From positions 26,840 to 90,839 of the IMG/VR virus record IMGVR_UViG_3300031576_000018: a DNA stretch of 64,000 nucleotides; one strand, given 5' to 3'. The notes under the pieces are model-generated. The model was not told the DNA's origin. It was given only the letters and a program-made list of their open reading frames with translations, and ran no database searches. The position numbers and the translations under genes were made by a program. The stretch's first letter is position 1; each line of letters begins with the position of its first letter. Below, piece after piece: positions 10,160 to 20,208 of the stretch. Source of the DNA: a virus.

Positions 10160-11628
10160 TGGCTAAACTAAGTTCTAAACAAATCGTAGGGTCTCAAGTA
10201 GATGAGAGGCTTATCTCTAAAACGGTAGGGTCTTCTGACTTATCTTATTCTACTTGTGAGGCGACTACATCAGGAGTGCTTAGAGTTCTAAACGCCTTGG
10301 CTATTAACAAAGGCTCTGGTGTTAACCCTAACAGACGAATTGACATCACATGTGGTGCTTCTGATGCTTTTTATGCCGAGGGTGCGGGTGAACAGGCAAA
10401 CGTTACATTAAAAAGAACAGGCACGGTGGGAACTGGTGTTAACCCTTACTTTCAAATGGGTAGGATTCAACCCTCTCCTGTAGCTGAAGCACAAATGAGT
10501 ACGTTTTTCGAGGACGATAACTCCGGTGGTCAAAAGAAAGTTTTCTCTGTGGAAAGTACAGGCACATTTGCTTCGATCACCCGTGGTGTTAGACGTTCTT
10601 GTTTTGAGAGTTTTATTACAGACGGGGATGATGAGCCTGTCTTTAGGTTAAACTCCTACGGTCATTCTGGTGAGATGGCTCTAGAGTTTGGTTCAGGGGG
10701 ATTAAACACTCCGGCTACCTACGACAAGTCTACTGATATTATGCTTCAAAGAAATCCTTCTGGGCATAAGATAGATATTATAACTGGAATTTATTCTTCT
10801 CCCAATACGACAAGGTATACCCGAATGGCTTTAGGGTCTACAGGAATGGATTTTTATCAGAATTCTACAGACCCTGCCCCCACCAGTACCTCTGCCAGAT
10901 TTTGGGATGACGGAAATACCAACTATGTGGGCTTAAAAGCTCCTTCGACAATAGCTTCTAATTTTGACCTTACCCTCCCTAGTTCGGCAGGTAGTGTGGG
11001 GGATTCTTTGACTCTGACAGGTGCTACTACATTTGGTTTCATAGCTAAGGCGAACGCCACACACACACACGCAACGACGGATATAACGTCGGGTACTTTT
11101 GCGGATGCACGTATTGCTTTCAGTAATGTTACACAGCATGTACCTATCTACCTAGAAGTCATAGCAGCGGATCAATTTATCACTGTTTCAGGATCAGACT
11201 GGCTTGTGAACGCAGGTGCTACACTTCAGAACGACGCAACAAACGCTGCTCTCTTAGTCAGGGCTTTTGACGATACGACTGACGAGGGCGTTGGCTTTTG
11301 GTTAGATGTTCCTAGTAACGCAACAAGCATTATTTTCAAAACAAGGGGTAGGGCTGCGACTGCATCGACTTCTGTGGTAAAACCTTTATTCGCTAAAAGG
11401 GGTATCCCCGATAATGGGGCTGTGGGTGCGTGGGCGAGTGTTGCCTTAGGGGACATTAACATCCCTAACAATACTCTTTTCCAAACAGATTCTACTACGC
11501 TAACCTTGGCAGCGGCTGGTTTGACAGCAGGGGCGCTCAGCCAGTGTCAACTCATACGAGATGCAGGTGCTTCTGACACCTTGACTGGGGACTTTATGTT
11601 ACTTTCACTTACAATAGCGTTTGTCTAA
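10159..11628 (+). CDS. Tail fibre protein
   Basis: YVGLKAPSTIASNFDLTLPS and HTHATTDITSGTF motifs typical of phage fibres; ATG overlaps upstream TAA. Confidence 0.7.
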   Translation: MAKLSSKQIVGSQVDERLISKTVGSSDLSYSTCEATTSGVLRVLNALAINKGSGVNPNRRIDITCGASDAFYAEGAGEQANVTLKRTGTVGTGVNPYFQMGRIQPSPVAEAQMSTFFEDDNSGGQKKVFSVESTGTFASITRGVRRSCFESFITDGDDEPVFRLNSYGHSGEMALEFGSGGLNTPATYDKSTDIMLQRNPSGHKIDIITGIYSSPNTTRYTRMALGSTGMDFYQNSTDPAPTSTSARFWDDGNTNYVGLKAPSTIASNFDLTLPSSAGSVGDSLTLTGATTFGFIAKANATHTHATTDITSGTFADARIAFSNVTQHVPIYLEVIAADQFITVSGSDWLVNAGATLQNDATNAALLVRAFDDTTDEGVGFWLDVPSNATSIIFKTRGRAATASTSVVKPLFAKRGIPDNGAVGAWASVALGDINIPNNTLFQTDSTTLTLAAAGLTAGALSQCQLIRDAGASDTLTGDFMLLSLTIAFV

Positions 11629-11632
11629 AGAT

Positions 11633-12268
11633 ATGAGTGCTGAATTTAACGATTCGGATAATGAGCGATTTGACTCTGCTTCTAATATTGCTCCACCTAG
11701 CTCTGGGACGGTTATGTTCTGGCTTTACGCTAGGAGTGTCACCGGTAATAGGCGAATTTCCGGTGGTGAAACTACTTTTGAGTGTAGGCTGAATGGTGCA
11801 AGTATGCTCCATGAATTTTTTTCTAACAACGCCACTAACCCGACAGGACAAACGGCAACCATTAATACTTGGGAACACTGGGCGTTTACTTGGAATGGAA
11901 CAAACAAGAGTGTTTACAGGAATGGGGTTCAAGTATACTCTGCGACTAACACACACGGATCCCCAGTAACGGGTATATTCTGTATTGGTACTTCTCAACA
12001 CGACCTTGGTGGAACAAACTACTTTTATGGGGCTATTGACGATTACCGAGTTTATAACAGTGCTGTGTCCGCATCTATTATTCAGTCCATACACGCCGCC
12101 AAAGGTGGCGACTCCGTAAGAACTAGTCTTATTCATCAATGGCTTATGCGTGGTGGGGCGTTTGGGGCTGTTATGACCAACCAAGTTGACCATGCGGGTT
12201 CTGTAACTATGAATGTAGTGGGTAATCCTAATTACGGGGAGCTTATTTCTAATGGGAGGAGAAGGTAA
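11633..12268 (+). CDS. LamG/concanavalin A-like lectin domain protein
   Basis: TVMFW..NTWEHWAFTWNG..VYRNG..FYGAIDDYRVYN. Confidence 0.85.
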   Translation: MSAEFNDSDNERFDSASNIAPPSSGTVMFWLYARSVTGNRRISGGETTFECRLNGASMLHEFFSNNATNPTGQTATINTWEHWAFTWNGTNKSVYRNGVQVYSATNTHGSPVTGIFCIGTSQHDLGGTNYFYGAIDDYRVYNSAVSASIIQSIHAAKGGDSVRTSLIHQWLMRGGAFGAVMTNQVDHAGSVTMNVVGNPNYGELISNGRRR

Positions 12269-12729
12269 TGGCAGATGTTTTAAATAGGACAACTAAGCAA
12301 TTCTTGAGTAGTGTGAATACACCTGAGTACGCAGTTGAGGATTGGGTTATAAATCCAGATATGTCTTCAGTTGATGGTGTTCGTCAGGAGTACTTGAAGA
12401 TCTCTGGAGATTCAGTCTCTGAGATGACACAAGAGGAAAAGAACGCCTACGATAGTTCCGTCGAAGAGCATGTTCCTTTGTTTGAGGTAGAGGTTTCTTT
12501 TAAGGGCAAGATTCAGACTAAGACATGGTACGGGCTAGATAACGGAAATGGAACATATGCTAATAAGGCGAGTAGTATCACGAATATTTGGTCTGAGAGT
12601 AAGGTAACTTCAGAAGTCCATAGGTCATTTTTTAAGGACGGCTCGGTAAAATCCGAGGTTACTTACACTCTTTACACCAACCAAGTTGATAGTTCCACTA
12701 AACATCTAATTAGAAAGAAGGCAGTTTAA
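12268..12729 (+). CDS. Hypothetical virion-associated protein
   Basis: Coupled ORF in tail module. Confidence 0.5.
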   Translation: MADVLNRTTKQFLSSVNTPEYAVEDWVINPDMSSVDGVRQEYLKISGDSVSEMTQEEKNAYDSSVEEHVPLFEVEVSFKGKIQTKTWYGLDNGNGTYANKASSITNIWSESKVTSEVHRSFFKDGSVKSEVTYTLYTNQVDSSTKHLIRKKAV

Positions 12730-12730
12730 A

Positions 12731-13672
12731 ATGGAAGTCCAAGGTTTCCAGACAAGTAACTATGATTCTGAAGGGGCATTAGTTGTCTCCGAACCATCTA
12801 AGGCTGGTATGAGTGGCAGTAATGGGCTAGACTTCCTGACTCCTAACATTTGTGATCAAACTACTTGGTATCAGCAAGCGACTCTTTCTGAGGATGTAAC
12901 ACTTTCTGAGATTTCGTCCACTGTCTTTAGGGATAACGCTAATACCACACATGTATGGATTAACCCATTTAAGCTAGCGGGTAGGGATTATAGGTTACTA
13001 TGGCTAGATGGTACGTTCAAGAGTTTACTAGATTTTCGACCTGAGTTCACAGCAAACGACACACCCGTCGCTTGGACAGATATAGCGAATGTTAACTTTC
13101 TTACTAGGGAAGTCACTTTTAGAACGTCCAAGTCTGGGCAGACTATAAAATTCACAGGGTTTAAGGTTCTTTCCACAAGTCACTTCCAATTTCTTCTTGT
13201 TCCGCCTGCTACAAAGATTTATGAGGTTAGCTATGTGGAGTGCCAATTTAGTCCTGACATAGGTTTTGAACAATTAAAACAATTTTTACGTTTTGAGGTC
13301 TTAATCGGAGCATTTTCCCAGACACCTTTTACTGATTTAGACTTTGATACGCGTTTCTGGGATGAGACTTGCTTCATGGCTAATGGTGGATCGCAAGGTC
13401 TTGCGTTTAGGCAATCTTTTACAGACCCCTATGCTTATGAGAGCGTGGGTAATCGGGGTGTTGGGAGTATCCCAGATTGGGGAGGAAAAGGACACACCTC
13501 TTTAGTGTTTCCGTTTAACTACGGGCAGTCTGTTAACCTTAAGTCTTCTGCTTTAATGGGCTTAAGATTACATGTTATAGACTCTGTGGATGCACTTGGT
13601 ACTGACTCTTCTGGTGCGTTGCAGGGTACTTTTGCTACAACTACTTTCTACGGTTATCTAAAGGATATGTAA
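12731..13672 (+). CDS. Hypothetical virion-associated protein
   Basis: 313-aa ORF in tail module. Confidence 0.5.
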   Translation: MEVQGFQTSNYDSEGALVVSEPSKAGMSGSNGLDFLTPNICDQTTWYQQATLSEDVTLSEISSTVFRDNANTTHVWINPFKLAGRDYRLLWLDGTFKSLLDFRPEFTANDTPVAWTDIANVNFLTREVTFRTSKSGQTIKFTGFKVLSTSHFQFLLVPPATKIYEVSYVECQFSPDIGFEQLKQFLRFEVLIGAFSQTPFTDLDFDTRFWDETCFMANGGSQGLAFRQSFTDPYAYESVGNRGVGSIPDWGGKGHTSLVFPFNYGQSVNLKSSALMGLRLHVIDSVDALGTDSSGALQGTFATTTFYGYLKDM

Positions 13673-13675
13673 CAC

Positions 13676-14269
13676 ATGGTAGCCACGGTAAACTTCAATG
13701 CTTTTTCTGTTAAGGGTTGTATCGTATTCGAGAGTAATAGAGCTTCTCTTGTGGGTCATGCTATTAATGCTGTTACTCAAGGAGAGTTTAGTCATACTTT
13801 TATTTTTACAGGAATCGAGAAGGGAAAGAGTATTTTCGAGGCTAATGAACGTGGGGTTGTGTTTGACACTTTTGACCGTTATAGTTCTGTGGATCATAGG
13901 TTAGAGGTTTACGCACCTTATTCCCCTCACAGTAAAGTTCTTGAGTCACTAAGTGCATTGTACTTCGTTTACCAGCAAAAGCCAGAAGGCTATGGGTGGT
14001 TTGAGGTTTTAGGTAATGCCACAGCTAGGCTTGCTCAGGCTATAGGTTGTAAGAACTTTCGGAATCCCATAGATGTTGGGAAGATCTGTGTAGAGGTCGT
14101 CTTTGATTACCTTGAACTGCTAGACCTTATGGATGAGGAGATGTTAGAAGGTTTTTCTACTGACGTTTACTCCCCAACTGACTTGCTGAACTATGTTAAG
14201 TCTCGTCCTGATAGTTTTTATAAAATTCTGGACAAACCCTATGGCGTTAGTGGTGTTTACTCAGAGTAA
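13676..14269 (+). CDS. Permuted papain-like amidase (YaeF/YiiX-type NlpC/P60)
   Basis: FSH before C order (FSHTFI..FEAN..ICVEVV) and terminal SPTDL. Confidence 0.75.
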   Translation: MVATVNFNAFSVKGCIVFESNRASLVGHAINAVTQGEFSHTFIFTGIEKGKSIFEANERGVVFDTFDRYSSVDHRLEVYAPYSPHSKVLESLSALYFVYQQKPEGYGWFEVLGNATARLAQAIGCKNFRNPIDVGKICVEVVFDYLELLDLMDEEMLEGFSTDVYSPTDLLNYVKSRPDSFYKILDKPYGVSGVYSE

Positions 14270-14303
14270 CTAATTTGTATCTATAATTTTAAGAGGTATC
14301 TAT

Positions 14304-14642
14304 ATGGACACATTAAATCAAGAGGCTATAAATCACCTGACTTCTATAGCCACAGCAGAAGTAGTTAAGTTAGAGTTAGAAGAAAAAGCCAAGCCTGAAT
14401 CTGAACAACTTTCTGGTGAACTTAAAAAAAAGTTGGTTATCGCAGGTCTAAAGGAAACTCTTAATCAGTATGAGAAAACAGGTTTAGCGTTATACCACAC
14501 GGTAGACCAAAAAATTATAAAATTTCCACCGATTGTTACGCTTGTGGTAGATAACCTAATCCCTTACTTAAGTGACATTGTAGAGTGGGGTTATTTACAG
14601 GCTAATTCCATTCCTTGGTTTAATAGACATAAGAAGAGGTAA
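14304..14642 (+). CDS. Holin-like / lysis-associated protein
   Basis: LSGELKKKLV resembles the soluble part of LL-H-type holins, but no clear TM helix is seen. Confidence 0.35.
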   Translation: MDTLNQEAINHLTSIATAEVVKLELEEKAKPESEQLSGELKKKLVIAGLKETLNQYEKTGLALYHTVDQKIIKFPPIVTLVVDNLIPYLSDIVEWGYLQANSIPWFNRHKKR

Positions 14643-14676
14643 AAGGTCTTTTCTCAGTTAATGTTATAATTCAATT

Positions 14677-15483
14677 ATGACTTTTTCCTTGAGTGCAAAC
14701 ATACAAAATTATACAGATGCTTTGGCGTTCTTCCAGACGAAACTATTACTGGGAAACTGGAGCCAATTAGCCGATTTAGGTGGGGCGAGGCGTTATCGAA
14801 TTAAAACGCCTTTCAATACCGCAGGTCTTACTGACGAAGAGTACATGGACTTAATTATTTATGACAATCCCACAAACCTTACACTTTCTGCAGCCAAAGG
14901 GATGTCAGCAGGTGCGAATGACACAGAGACGCCTGCACCCAATAGAATTGTAATAGGCTCTTTATCTTTTCCTGTTATCGCTACCATACTAGTTACCAAC
15001 TCAAAAGTAGTACTCAGTCTGCAAGATTCTCAGGGTGTTGTTAAATCAGCGTTTCTCTGCGCTGTTAATTACCAACTACTTGACCTGCCTGGTATTACGA
15101 ATCCAACAAACTTATTTAATCTACAGAATAACTGTCACCTTATTGGAGACCCAGGGAATATTCCAGGCACAGCCTTTCTTCTCTACTACGGGGATAACTC
15201 GAATCCCAATCAGTTTAATAGCACAGCTAATGTAAAAGCAGTTGGTCCAGATAGAGCAATTATGCCAAATATTCAAAATAACAGGTATTGGTGTTCGACT
15301 GTGTTCGTAGGCAAGACGTTAGCAGGAAACTTCCAACAATCCATTTACGGTCTTTTAGACGGTGTAGTCACAAGTAACTCACCTGTTTTCTTCAACTATG
15401 ACATTTGTCCAGATCAAAATGGGGCTGAGTATAGAGCATACCGGAATCCAAGTTCGCAGACTGTGGGGATATTTAAAACATGA
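14677..15483 (+). CDS. Putative tail protein, paralog array member 1
   Basis: Aligns by eye with 15480 gene (EEY, GLLDGV/GFLNGV, YRAYRN/YRGFKN). Confidence 0.55.
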   Translation: MTFSLSANIQNYTDALAFFQTKLLLGNWSQLADLGGARRYRIKTPFNTAGLTDEEYMDLIIYDNPTNLTLSAAKGMSAGANDTETPAPNRIVIGSLSFPVIATILVTNSKVVLSLQDSQGVVKSAFLCAVNYQLLDLPGITNPTNLFNLQNNCHLIGDPGNIPGTAFLLYYGDNSNPNQFNSTANVKAVGPDRAIMPNIQNNRYWCSTVFVGKTLAGNFQQSIYGLLDGVVTSNSPVFFNYDICPDQNGAEYRAYRNPSSQTVGIFKT

Positions 15484-16283
15484 GCTTTGCAGGATTTTTA
15501 AACAACAATAACCTAGGCGTTATACTCGATCAGATAAAAGTAGAAATGCAAGCGGGTCCTACTCCGTGGACATTTGTTTATGATGGGACTGCTTCTTCAA
15601 TCTCTGCAAACCGTGTATTGATTATGAAAACTAAGTCAGCAGTTAATAGCGCAGGAGCAGGAACGGAAGAATATTTTTACATCTGCTTAGAAATCACTCT
15701 TACGGGACCAGATATTTTACTTAGACTGTGTAAGACAGCTACAGGAGCGGGTGTGGTCACAGGGTTTACACCAACAATAGATGCACAGGGTCTTGGAAAG
15801 ATTACTCCCGTTGGAGCCCCTTACCATGCCTACATCGTGTTTAGTGCTAATCGCTTTGCTTTATTTATTGAGTCGTTCTCCGGAAGTGAGGGTGTTTTCG
15901 CTTGTTCAATGTTGACTATGATTCCTACAGGACAATCTGCTAGGAACTTTGCCCATTGTATGGGAAAGACAGATAATTCAAATAAGGTATGGGCTTTAGA
16001 CGCGCCTACTTTCTATACAGCAGACGATTATGATATTTTTGTTCCTGTAGAAGCAGACCAATTGAGTGTTCAAGGAACAGTACCTTTTCTTCATTACTGG
16101 GTGCAACACGCAGCCGTTTATAAGACAGCCCAGAATACGATGATTGGATTTCTAAACGGTGTCCATTTCATAACTGACCCTGCGGTCAATTTATTAGACA
16201 ACTTTACAATGCCCAATTTAGATAACTACAGGGGATTTAAAAATCTAGGCTCCCCAACAACCGTTGTTATAAAGGAGACTTAA
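15480..16283 (+). CDS. Putative tail protein, paralog array member 2
   Basis: Paralog of 14677 gene; ATGA-coupled. Confidence 0.55.
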   Translation: MSFAGFLNNNNLGVILDQIKVEMQAGPTPWTFVYDGTASSISANRVLIMKTKSAVNSAGAGTEEYFYICLEITLTGPDILLRLCKTATGAGVVTGFTPTIDAQGLGKITPVGAPYHAYIVFSANRFALFIESFSGSEGVFACSMLTMIPTGQSARNFAHCMGKTDNSNKVWALDAPTFYTADDYDIFVPVEADQLSVQGTVPFLHYWVQHAAVYKTAQNTMIGFLNGVHFITDPAVNLLDNFTMPNLDNYRGFKNLGSPTTVVIKET

Positions 16284-16284
16284 G

Positions 16285-18255
16285 ATGACTGTTTATGGAC
16301 CAATTGCCTTAGCAACCCCTGTATCCCTTTTCGATGGCATAGTTAATAGCATAGACGCAATTCGTAGTGGTAATGCCACGGGTTGGCATATTACCAAAGA
16401 TGCCAGAGATCCAGCCAGAGTTCCTATTGTTGCGGGTACGCCCAACCCCACAGGTCCTATAACACTAGCTAGAAATAGTGGAGTAGAGCAGTTAACTAAT
16501 TTTGAAGCGATATACCCCGCATTTAACCAGTTTGAAATTTTGGATGCTGTGAAAGACGGTGGTGGTGTTATTCACGCATTTATGCGGAGAGTTAACGGAA
16601 CCACGGTTGTTACAGATATCTTGCGAATAACATCCACAGATGGTGGGCATACGTTTTCTCCTTGGCAAACAGCTACACCGATTAACTTTGTGAGTCCTCC
16701 AATAGCGGGTGTACCTGTATCGATGAAGTTTTTTAAAAGGGTAGACCCAACACCCGGAGGTTGGGGTATTATTATAGGCTGGGCTGATTCTCCTACAGGT
16801 GTTCAAAAAAGAATATTCTTTGGAGAGACGCCTAATTTAACTTCGGTTAGTTTTTTTAATACGCCTCTTATTGTAGACGCGGGCGGAGGTTTTTTTAATC
16901 AGGACTTCGGTGGTTATTACTTTGTTAACCCTTCTTCTGTTGCGTATGTTTACACGATACACGGAGGTAGCATAAAAAGAATGACTATTACAGGAGATAC
17001 TATTTTAGGGGGAGTAACCGTAGGGCCTTTAACCCATTTTCAAAATTTAGGAAGTATACCCGGTATAGGGTTTCCAGTAACTAGTAGAATAGATGCTATT
17101 TGGATAGACGCAGGGAATGTTAAATTTATTGTCGCCTCAACAAAGGGTTCTTCTGCAACTGAATCTGGCTGTCATACTCTGACTACACCCAATTTGGAAT
17201 TAACCGAATCAATGACTCTTGTGCCAGGTGGGAGGGTATTTACAGGATTTTTAGATGGAACGGCTACAGCATCTGACAATCTTAACGCACCTTCAGCCGC
17301 ATTAAAAATTAGTAATAACACTGTAGAGAAATTATTTTGTACAAATAAGCGTTTCGCTTTAGGAAAATTTAGACTCATCATAAAGGACTTAAATCTCCCA
17401 GGCGACTTAGACGGCCTTCCCGATTTAGCAGGTAATAACTATGAACTGGTGGTATTAAAGTCAGATTACGTTTCTCCTATCGGTGGAGAATATAGCCTGG
17501 TTCTCCTCTACCCAGTAACTGTACCGGCTAACACAGATGCCTACACAGCTAGTAAACGACCTATCTTTATGCGTCCTGTTAGACGTTGGGCAGTTGGCGT
17601 GCCAGACAATATTAAACGTTTTTACTTTGAACCACACGCACTACCTAATGATGCCTATGGGCCTTCTATAGAAAGCCAGCCTACAGTAGGCGATTCCCAT
17701 CAACTTCACCTAAGAGTTGAGCAGCGAGTTATTCACGCGTATGTGGAAAGTTCTTTGAGTTTAAAGAAACAAATACTGCATTACAACATTCTCGATACTG
17801 AGATTGGAATGAATACAGGCAACGCAGAGTATAACCAGGATAATATTGTTACTTTAGCTATGGGAAGTGACCAAGGCGCTCAGTGCATTTATTTAGGGCG
17901 CAGTGGGGGTGTAGAAACTTCTGGGTTAAGAGGAACGGGTTATAGTTTTTATCCGTTAGGAACAATTGAGAGTTATCAGGGTGTCTTATCAGATAACAAC
18001 TTAGTAGATGGAATCGAATATGTGTTCGTTCCTTATGTGGCTGACAACGAAGGGACGTTTGTTACAGCTCCCAATAAAAACCTAATCTATGTTGCAGGAA
18101 GAATGAAAGATGTTTTTCTTCTAGGTACAACAAGTCCTAACTTATCTATTGTTTCCGTAGCTGGTGTGAGTTATAAACTATTTACCCCTTCGACAAATCC
18201 CGGTTCTAATTTTGCAGCTTGCTTGCCCAGTCATTTGTTAGTTCGGTGGGATTAA
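16285..18255 (+). CDS. Putative receptor-binding protein, array member 3, with inserted BNR/propeller-like domain
   Basis: Asp-box STDGGHTF; N- and C-termini conserved with 18256 gene. Confidence 0.55.
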   Translation: MTVYGPIALATPVSLFDGIVNSIDAIRSGNATGWHITKDARDPARVPIVAGTPNPTGPITLARNSGVEQLTNFEAIYPAFNQFEILDAVKDGGGVIHAFMRRVNGTTVVTDILRITSTDGGHTFSPWQTATPINFVSPPIAGVPVSMKFFKRVDPTPGGWGIIIGWADSPTGVQKRIFFGETPNLTSVSFFNTPLIVDAGGGFFNQDFGGYYFVNPSSVAYVYTIHGGSIKRMTITGDTILGGVTVGPLTHFQNLGSIPGIGFPVTSRIDAIWIDAGNVKFIVASTKGSSATESGCHTLTTPNLELTESMTLVPGGRVFTGFLDGTATASDNLNAPSAALKISNNTVEKLFCTNKRFALGKFRLIIKDLNLPGDLDGLPDLAGNNYELVVLKSDYVSPIGGEYSLVLLYPVTVPANTDAYTASKRPIFMRPVRRWAVGVPDNIKRFYFEPHALPNDAYGPSIESQPTVGDSHQLHLRVEQRVIHAYVESSLSLKKQILHYNILDTEIGMNTGNAEYNQDNIVTLAMGSDQGAQCIYLGRSGGVETSGLRGTGYSFYPLGTIESYQGVLSDNNLVDGIEYVFVPYVADNEGTFVTAPNKNLIYVAGRMKDVFLLGTTSPNLSIVSVAGVSYKLFTPSTNPGSNFAACLPSHLLVRWD

Positions 18256-20208
18256 GTGGTAGCACATCAAGTTAAATCTGGGCTAGTTTCTTCGAGGCTG
18301 TGGGATCATATTTGCAACTCTATAGACGCTACCCGTAGTGGTTTGGCTACCGGTTGGGCTATTTGGAGAGACTGCCGGAATCCTAATCGATTAACAATAA
18401 ATGAGAGTAGCCCCAATGCACCGCAGGTTGGTAAAGAACCTGTAGGCTTTAGACCAATAGCCAGAAGAACCAAACAAATCAGCTACACCAATATCTTTAC
18501 AACGACAAATCCTGTTCCAATTGTTTGTGGTTTCCATAAGACTAATATCTTTCCAGGCATTTATAAATTACTTTATAAAAGAGGGAATAATATTTATGTT
18601 TCTGAATCGGATGAAGGTTGCTTTTATAGGAATGAAGTCGTTACTTTAGACCCTCTGTTGGGAAATAGCTATTCAGGGATGAGTTTAATTCCCTCTAAAT
18701 ACCTTGATGGTTTCTATGAAATGTACACAGGGTACGTCATTAAAAATGGTGTAATGACCGAAGTGGGTTCTAACTATTTATCCACTTTTGCTTTCTTTAA
18801 CACAGATCCATTAGCAGAGCCTGTCCCTATGGATTCTACTTTATGCACTTATAAGTTTGTAGTCAATGAATTTACCGTGTTTTACGTAAATAGTGGCTAC
18901 GGCGCTGTGTTCTTCAGAACAGCCACAGGAGATGGAGCCGGACAGGGAGCACTTGCTATTTTTATGGACTTAACCGATTTAAATTCGCCCAGCGCACCTG
19001 TCTTGACAGTAGCACAAGCCGGTGGAGATATTAATAAACTGTTGGGTATTTCTGGGATATTTTTTAACGGAGGTGCTTATGAAGTTTTAGTTAACGTAGT
19101 ACTTTTGACTGGGGAGAGGATGGTAATTAAGTTCACAACCCCTAATCCTAAAACGCCTGGTTCTTACACCAGGGTAGCCGATGATATAGGTGTAGGATAC
19201 TTTCCCAATAAGGTTTATCAGACCTATTTACAAACAACGGCTTCATCTTCGTTTAATAACTTCAGTCACACGATAACCAATCAATTTTATGCCAACTCAA
19301 CTTGGGATGGAACGCCTAGTATTCCTACCGAAGGTAGGGTATTTATACAAAATCTACAAGACCATACCCGTGTAAATGGTTTACCTGATTACTCGTTTAA
19401 TCAATATGAATATGTTGTTTTTAAATCCACAGCGTCTATTCCACAGCACTTAGTCTTACTGTATCCCAACACAACTAATTCAGATGCCAGTATAAACTCG
19501 CTGAAACCTATCTTTATGAGAATGGCTAAAGACTGGGTACTAGGTACAACACTCAACGGAAAGAATGATACCCCCGACAGGTTTTTCTTTGACCCAGTAA
19601 TACCCAGTGATATTATGCCTCTGGCAGATGAGGGGTGGTTCCCTGCGATAGAGACTAATCCTGGAGGAACAATTGACGCGTCAAAAGTATGGCTTCGCAC
19701 AACATCTTCAACAGTCTTTATAGGTACACAAACGGCGATAACTAATAAACGACAATGGCTCCTATTTTCAGATACGGGAGGAACCGTTCCTGTCCAGTTT
19801 TCTATTATAATGGGTAAAGGAAGCGATAAAGGAGGAGGTTGCTGTTTTCTCAACAACGCCAACTTTACCCCATTTCCTTTTCGCTTTGGTTTAGAAGAGT
19901 TCTACTATTTAGGAGGAACCGCTTCTTATGCCTTGTGTGTAGAAGGAGTCAATACCGTGACACAACAGGAGCACGCTTTTGATTTAAGAGTATTTATGAA
20001 TACGGGAGGTTTTTCTGGTGTACCTCACTTGAGTACTATTTTCTCAGCAGGAAAAATACCAGACTGTTTCTCTCTGCCAGTCAATATTAATATGTTTGGG
20101 GATTTAAAAACAATTTTGGGTAATGAGTATTTAGAATTTTTACCCTCTACCTCTGCAAGTCCCTTCGATGGTATTGTAGAACCTTTTCTTTTAGTGCGGT
20201 GGGCGTAA
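18256..20208 (+). CDS. Putative receptor-binding protein, array member 4
   Basis: NSIDAxRSGxATGW, PIFMR and LLVRW shared with 16285 gene; divergent middle. Confidence 0.55.
   Translation: MVAHQVKSGLVSSRLWDHICNSIDATRSGLATGWAIWRDCRNPNRLTINESSPNAPQVGKEPVGFRPIARRTKQISYTNIFTTTNPVPIVCGFHKTNIFPGIYKLLYKRGNNIYVSESDEGCFYRNEVVTLDPLLGNSYSGMSLIPSKYLDGFYEMYTGYVIKNGVMTEVGSNYLSTFAFFNTDPLAEPVPMDSTLCTYKFVVNEFTVFYVNSGYGAVFFRTATGDGAGQGALAIFMDLTDLNSPSAPVLTVAQAGGDINKLLGISGIFFNGGAYEVLVNVVLLTGERMVIKFTTPNPKTPGSYTRVADDIGVGYFPNKVYQTYLQTTASSSFNNFSHTITNQFYANSTWDGTPSIPTEGRVFIQNLQDHTRVNGLPDYSFNQYEYVVFKSTASIPQHLVLLYPNTTNSDASINSLKPIFMRMAKDWVLGTTLNGKNDTPDRFFFDPVIPSDIMPLADEGWFPAIETNPGGTIDASKVWLRTTSSTVFIGTQTAITNKRQWLLFSDTGGTVPVQFSIIMGKGSDKGGGCCFLNNANFTPFPFRFGLEEFYYLGGTASYALCVEGVNTVTQQEHAFDLRVFMNTGGFSGVPHLSTIFSAGKIPDCFSLPVNINMFGDLKTILGNEYLEFLPSTSASPFDGIVEPFLLVRWA

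Noticed and set aside
16285-20208. Diversity-generating retroelement (TR/VR pair)
   Set aside because: Paralogs are too diverged, with no adenine-specific near-identical repeat and no reverse transcriptase in the window
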